DNA from: Sedimentisphaerales bacterium
GTDB taxonomy: Bacteria; Planctomycetota; Phycisphaerae; Sedimentisphaerales; Anaerobacaceae
Direction: 5' to 3'
Length of the DNA stretch: 64,000 bases
Assembly (NCBI GenBank): GCA_963708075.1
Contig: OY970194.1
Coordinates: 2,656,001-2,720,000 of the forward strand
In this document: positions 63,193-64,000 of the stretch, piece by piece
Numbering within the stretch: the stretch's first letter is position 1
How the letters are laid out: each line of letters starts with the position of its first letter
Notes under the pieces: generated by a model
What the model saw: the letters and a program-made list of their open reading frames with translations, nothing else
Databases searched by the model: none
What the model was told of the DNA's origin: nothing
Program-made: the position numbers and the translations under genes

Positions 63193-64000
63193 CTACCGTA
63201 GGAAATCGGGCAAATACTCCGTCGGTGCCGTGTCTTCGGAGTGATTCTTTGACTTTTGCGTGGCACGCTCATTCCGCAGTGCGATGTATGATCCGCTCAT
63301 GATGCGATCCTCTTTGCCCTCGCCCGCCAGCACCTGGATGGCGCCATGCTTGAGCAGATGCTTGACCTTGACGTTGATGGCGTGACATCGCATCTGGCAC
63401 AGGCCACACCCGATGCATCGGTCCTTACGCACCACGGGGGCCAGATGCCCGCTGCCCTCGACCGGCTCACCTTGCTCGTCCAACTCGCCGCCGACGCGGA
63501 TGAACTCAATGGCGTCGTAGCCGGCCATCCTGCATTCGTCGACGCACAGTTGGCACGATCCCTGTCCCGCGTACGGCAGGCACGTGTGCTGATCCACCTG
63601 GGCGAGCCCAATCCGTGCCGCACGCTTTTCGTCCAGGGTTAGAGCCCTGACTGCCCCGGTCGGACACACATGCCCACAGTTGTTGCAGCTCGGCTCGCAT
63701 CCCGACCAGTCCGGCACCACCTTGGGCGTCCAGAGACCGTTGAAACCATGCTCAAACCCGGCCGGCTGCAGGACATTGTTGGGACAGACCTTGATGCACT
63801 GGCCACACCGCACGCACAACTGCAGGAAACGATCCTCGGGGACACTGCCCGGCGGACGAATCGGCGGATTGGCGTCCGGCCCACCTGAAGCACCGCCGGC
63901 TGCAAGTGACGCCCCCGCACCCGCCACAACCGCGCCGCCCAGCCCTGCAAGGACGCCGCGACGGGAAAAGACCGCCTCGGACGAGGCACCCGCTGCGGCC
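63193..64000 (-). CDS. MauM/NapG-type 4Fe-4S polyferredoxin; 5' end outside the window
   Basis: IRPPGS..FLQLCVRCGQCIKVCP, CNNCGHVCPTGA, CQLCVDEC, CIGCGLC. Confidence 0.85.
   Translation of the reverse strand, partial: AAAGASSEAVFSRRGVLAGLGGAVVAGAGASLAAGGASGGPDANPPIRPPGSVPEDRFLQLCVRCGQCIKVCPNNVLQPAGFEHGFNGLWTPKVVPDWSGCEPSCNNCGHVCPTGAVRALTLDEKRAARIGLAQVDQHTCLPYAGQGSCQLCVDECRMAGYDAIEFIRVGGELDEQGEPVEGSGHLAPVVRKDRCIGCGLCQMRCHAINVKVKHLLKHGAIQVLAGEGKEDRIMSGSYIALRNERATQKSKNHSEDTAPTEYLPDFLR

Overview
High-GC bacterial DNA. The gene content (DUF3568, a MoxR/BatA/DUF4159 operon, FGE-sulfatase, abundant intergenic palindromes) suggests a Planctomycetota genome, probably Phycisphaerae; this is an inference. 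The window has four blocks. (1) 1-32350 is a general-stress/dormancy-type island: GT4, Hsp20, Lon-like protease, PfpI, DegP, HPF-CSD, PRC-barrel, glucan phosphorylase, PolX-like HhH protein, UDG, dodecin, CheB-CheR plus a multi-PAS kinase and two near-twin NarL regulators, SOD, CBS, an AEP-primase-like protein, an EndoIV-like TIM barrel, PRTase and a hydrolase. Several of its promoters share a TAAGG-N5/6-CCT(N)A palindrome. (2) 32575-41252 is an envelope acylation/deacylation cluster: two beta-propellers, an FGE-HDAC fusion lipoprotein, MBOAT, SGNH-like protein and a heparinase II/III-like protein. (3) 41811-54598 is a MoxR/vWA operon ending in a tetraheme metallophosphoesterase and a thioredoxin. 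(4) 54600-61620 is a repeat-rich accessory zone with gene remnants, a 12-copy 14-mer array, an IS1182-family element and tRNA-Arg(ACG), followed by a PHP hydrolase and a partial Fe-S protein. Four single-base frameshifts are probably assembly errors. All family calls come from motif recognition by eye; no database searches were run.
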